Source: Escherichia phage vB_vPM_PD06. From it: 64,000 bases of DNA. Below, in pieces: positions 62,964 through 64,000 of this stretch. Position 1 is the stretch's first letter. Every line of letters starts with the position of its first letter. The stretch is from sequence record NC_052653.1. The stretch is one strand, 5' to 3'. The notes beneath the pieces were generated by a model. That model had not been told where the DNA came from. It was given only the letters and a program-made list of their open reading frames with translations, and did not search any database. Both the position numbers and the translations under genes were made by a program.

Positions 62964-63060
62964 TGGCAGCAAGGTGAGGAATCGAACCCCTTGATCTATG
63001 GTTTGGAGCCATATTGAGTACCATACTCTTTTAAATCTACCCAGCTATGAGTTCCTTGAG
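62964..63060 (-). pseudogene. tRNA-Trp(CCA)-like gene with a disrupted 5' acceptor/D region
   Basis: Anticodon arm TATGG-CTCCAAA-CCATA, T arm AGGGG-TTCGATT-CCTCA and a 3' end CCTTGCT-G-CCA are canonical. The expected 5' acceptor strand is absent in register; CAAGG lies 21 nt further upstream. Confidence 0.4.
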
Positions 63061-63104
63061 GTGTCAATGTAATTTAATCATTACACCAGAAGGGAGGTAT
63101 TTAG

Positions 63105-63183
63105 TGGAGGCGGGAATCGGATTTGAACCGATGATCTCCAGCATATGAAACTGGCGAGGACGACCAGACTCCTCTATCCCGCG
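63105..63183 (-). tRNA. tRNA-Met (anticodon CAT), initiator-like features, CCA encoded
   Basis: Hand fold CGCGGGA-TA-GAGG...CCTC-G-CCAGT-TTCATAT-GCTGG-AGATC-ATCGG-TTCAAAT-CCGAT-TCCCGCC-T-CCA. C1 and C72 are unpaired. A11:T24 is present. Confidence 0.75.
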
Positions 63184-63198
63184 CAATCTGTAATAATT

Positions 63199-63283
63199 TG
63201 GTAGCTAAGGTGAGACTCGAACTCACAATCCCTTGGGGCAATACGTTCTAAGCGTATCGTGTATACCATTCCACCACTTAGCC
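63199..63283 (-). tRNA. tRNA-Leu (anticodon TAG), type II with long variable arm, CCA encoded
   Basis: Acceptor GGCTAAG/CTTAGCT, anticodon arm ATACG-CTTAGAA-CGTAT, variable stem CCC-CAA-GGG, T arm GTGAG-TTCGAGT-CTCAC. Confidence 0.8.
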
Positions 63284-63292
63284 ATAATAAGT

Positions 63293-63356
63293 ACACCACT
63301 GTAAGAAGCCTCAATGTGCTATTGACAGTTAACCAAGTCTACTCCTTGGATGGTGT
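63293..63356 (-). ncRNA. 64 nt tRNA-like structured RNA (not a canonical tRNA)
   Basis: A 7 bp closing stem ACACCAT/GTGGTGT encloses hairpins CCAAG-GAGTAGA-CTTGG and TCAAT-AGCAC-ATTGA. No T arm or CCA. Packed 4-9 nt from the flanking tRNAs. Confidence 0.35.
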
Positions 63357-63360
63357 TATT

Positions 63361-63435
63361 TGGTGCAGAGAGATGGTAACGATCCATCCTTTCTACCTTT
63401 TCAGGGTAGCACTAATCCGTCTCAGCTATCTCTGC
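63361..63435 (-). tRNA. tRNA-Phe (anticodon GAA), CCA encoded
   Basis: Acceptor GCAGAGA/TCTCTGC, anticodon arm CTACC-CTGAAAA-GGTAG, T arm GATGG-ATCGTTA-CCATC (atypical T loop). Confidence 0.75.
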
Positions 63436-63440
63436 AAATT

Positions 63441-63516
63441 TGGTCAGTGCGGCAGGACTCGAACCTGCGACCTGAAGCGTCCAAGGCTCCCACGCTACCA
63501 ACTGCGCTACGCACTG
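63441..63516 (-). tRNA. tRNA-Pro (anticodon TGG), CCA encoded
   Basis: Acceptor CAGTGCG/CGCACTG (C1:G72), D arm GCGC-AGTTGGTA-GCGT, anticodon arm GGAGC-CTTGGAC-GCTTC, T arm GCAGG-TTCGAGT-CCTGC. Confidence 0.85.
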
Positions 63517-63523
63517 TAAATCT

Positions 63524-63598
63524 TGGCTGGAGATCTAGGAATCGAACCTAGTCATCACGACTTCAAAGGCCGTTGCCTTCCCACTAGGCTAATCTCCA
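63524..63598 (-). tRNA. tRNA-Gln (anticodon TTG), CCA encoded
   Basis: Acceptor TGGAGAT/ATCTCCA, D arm GCCT-AGTGGGA-AGGC, anticodon arm ACGGC-CTTTGAA-GTCGT, T arm CTAGG-TTCGATT-CCTAG. Confidence 0.85.
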
Positions 63599-63852
63599 AT
63601 AAATTACTTCAGTGTTACCACAAAGTGACGAACTGCTTTTCGTGCAGCAGAAGCCAGAGGCTTAGCATACTTAAGTTCATCTTTTTCCATTATAAATTCT
63701 CTTTTAAATGAAAATGCAGGACTTATTGGCATTGCCTGCGCAAGCCCTCAAGGGGAACATAGGTTTTTGGATATTTAACGACCAGGATAACCATAAACCC
63801 GTCATCATTCACATTCAAGAGGTACACCATAAAACTGCCGGGGTCTTAAAAC

Positions 63853-63874
63853 TATAATGATTCGCAAATCATTA
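63853..63874 (+). promoter_or_regulatory. consensus TATAAT overlapped by a perfect 8 bp palindrome (candidate operator)
   Basis: TATAAT at 63853..63858. TAATGATT-cgca-AATCATTA at 63855..63874. No good -35 element was seen. Confidence 0.35.
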
Positions 63875-63982
63875 ATCAGACAGTTCGATGGCTCCTCGAT
63901 TTTAGCTCACACTAAGGCAGTGAATCTCCAATAAACTAAAAAATCACTTAAAAAGAACCGCTAGAGTTTGAAGGAGAAAACC

Positions 63983-64000
63983 ATGAGCGAAAAGAGAAAT
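63983..64000 (+). CDS. start of a + strand gene cut by the window edge
   Basis: AAGGAGAAAA lies 5 nt before ATG AGC GAA AAG AGA AAT. Only 6 codons are visible. Confidence 0.4.

Noticed and set aside
63604-63690. A 28 aa - strand ORF (MEKDELKYAKPLASAARKAVRHFVVTLK) just upstream of tRNA-Gln.
   Set aside because: It has only a weak AAGAGA RBS and is very short. It may simply be the tRNA operon leader, so it is not reported as a gene.
63259-63711. Three + strand ORFs (63259..63519, 63360..63551, 63523..63711).
   Set aside because: They read through the reverse complements of the tRNA genes. The tRNA cloverleaves explain the sequence.
1-64000. A search for integrase, transposase, repressor, cas genes or toxin-antitoxin pairs.
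   Set aside because: None was recognisable in any frame. The only mobile-element signatures are the two inteins and the AP2-type endonuclease-like gene.

Overview
This window looks like a large virulent myovirus genome of an enterobacterial-type host. It is AT-rich by eye, coding is dense, and I found no integrase or repressor. The gene content resembles rV5/phi92-like phages, but that is memory-based and was not searched. Bases 1-24650 are a + strand early/replication arm. It starts with a Ter-type stress-response gene set: a HAD hydrolase, PRTase and macrodomain cassette, then TerC, TelA-like, TerF-type vWA and TerD. After that come a SleB-type hydrolase, four glycosyltransferases, a primase-helicase and a family A DNA polymerase interrupted by an intein. 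The arm ends with an AP2-type endonuclease-like gene, a minimal CCA-adding-type nucleotidyltransferase, an SSB-like protein and a DNA methyltransferase. A bidirectional terminator at about 24.63 kb separates this arm from a - strand virion module (24653-62700). That module has at least six receptor-binding or depolymerase proteins, baseplate, tape measure, tail chaperones with a -1 frameshift, tube, sheath, head genes and portal. It also has a large terminase split by a mini-intein in its Walker A loop, plus an overlapped spanin pair. A - strand tRNA operon (62.78-63.60 kb) holds six canonical-looking tRNAs and several aberrant or tRNA-like elements. The most interesting items are the phage-borne Ter set with its translationally coupled HAD-PRTase-macrodomain cassette, the two related inteins, the glycosyltransferase block, the odd tRNA operon members, and a GC-richer tailspike island. 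All function calls rest on motifs read by eye. No searches or folding programs were run.
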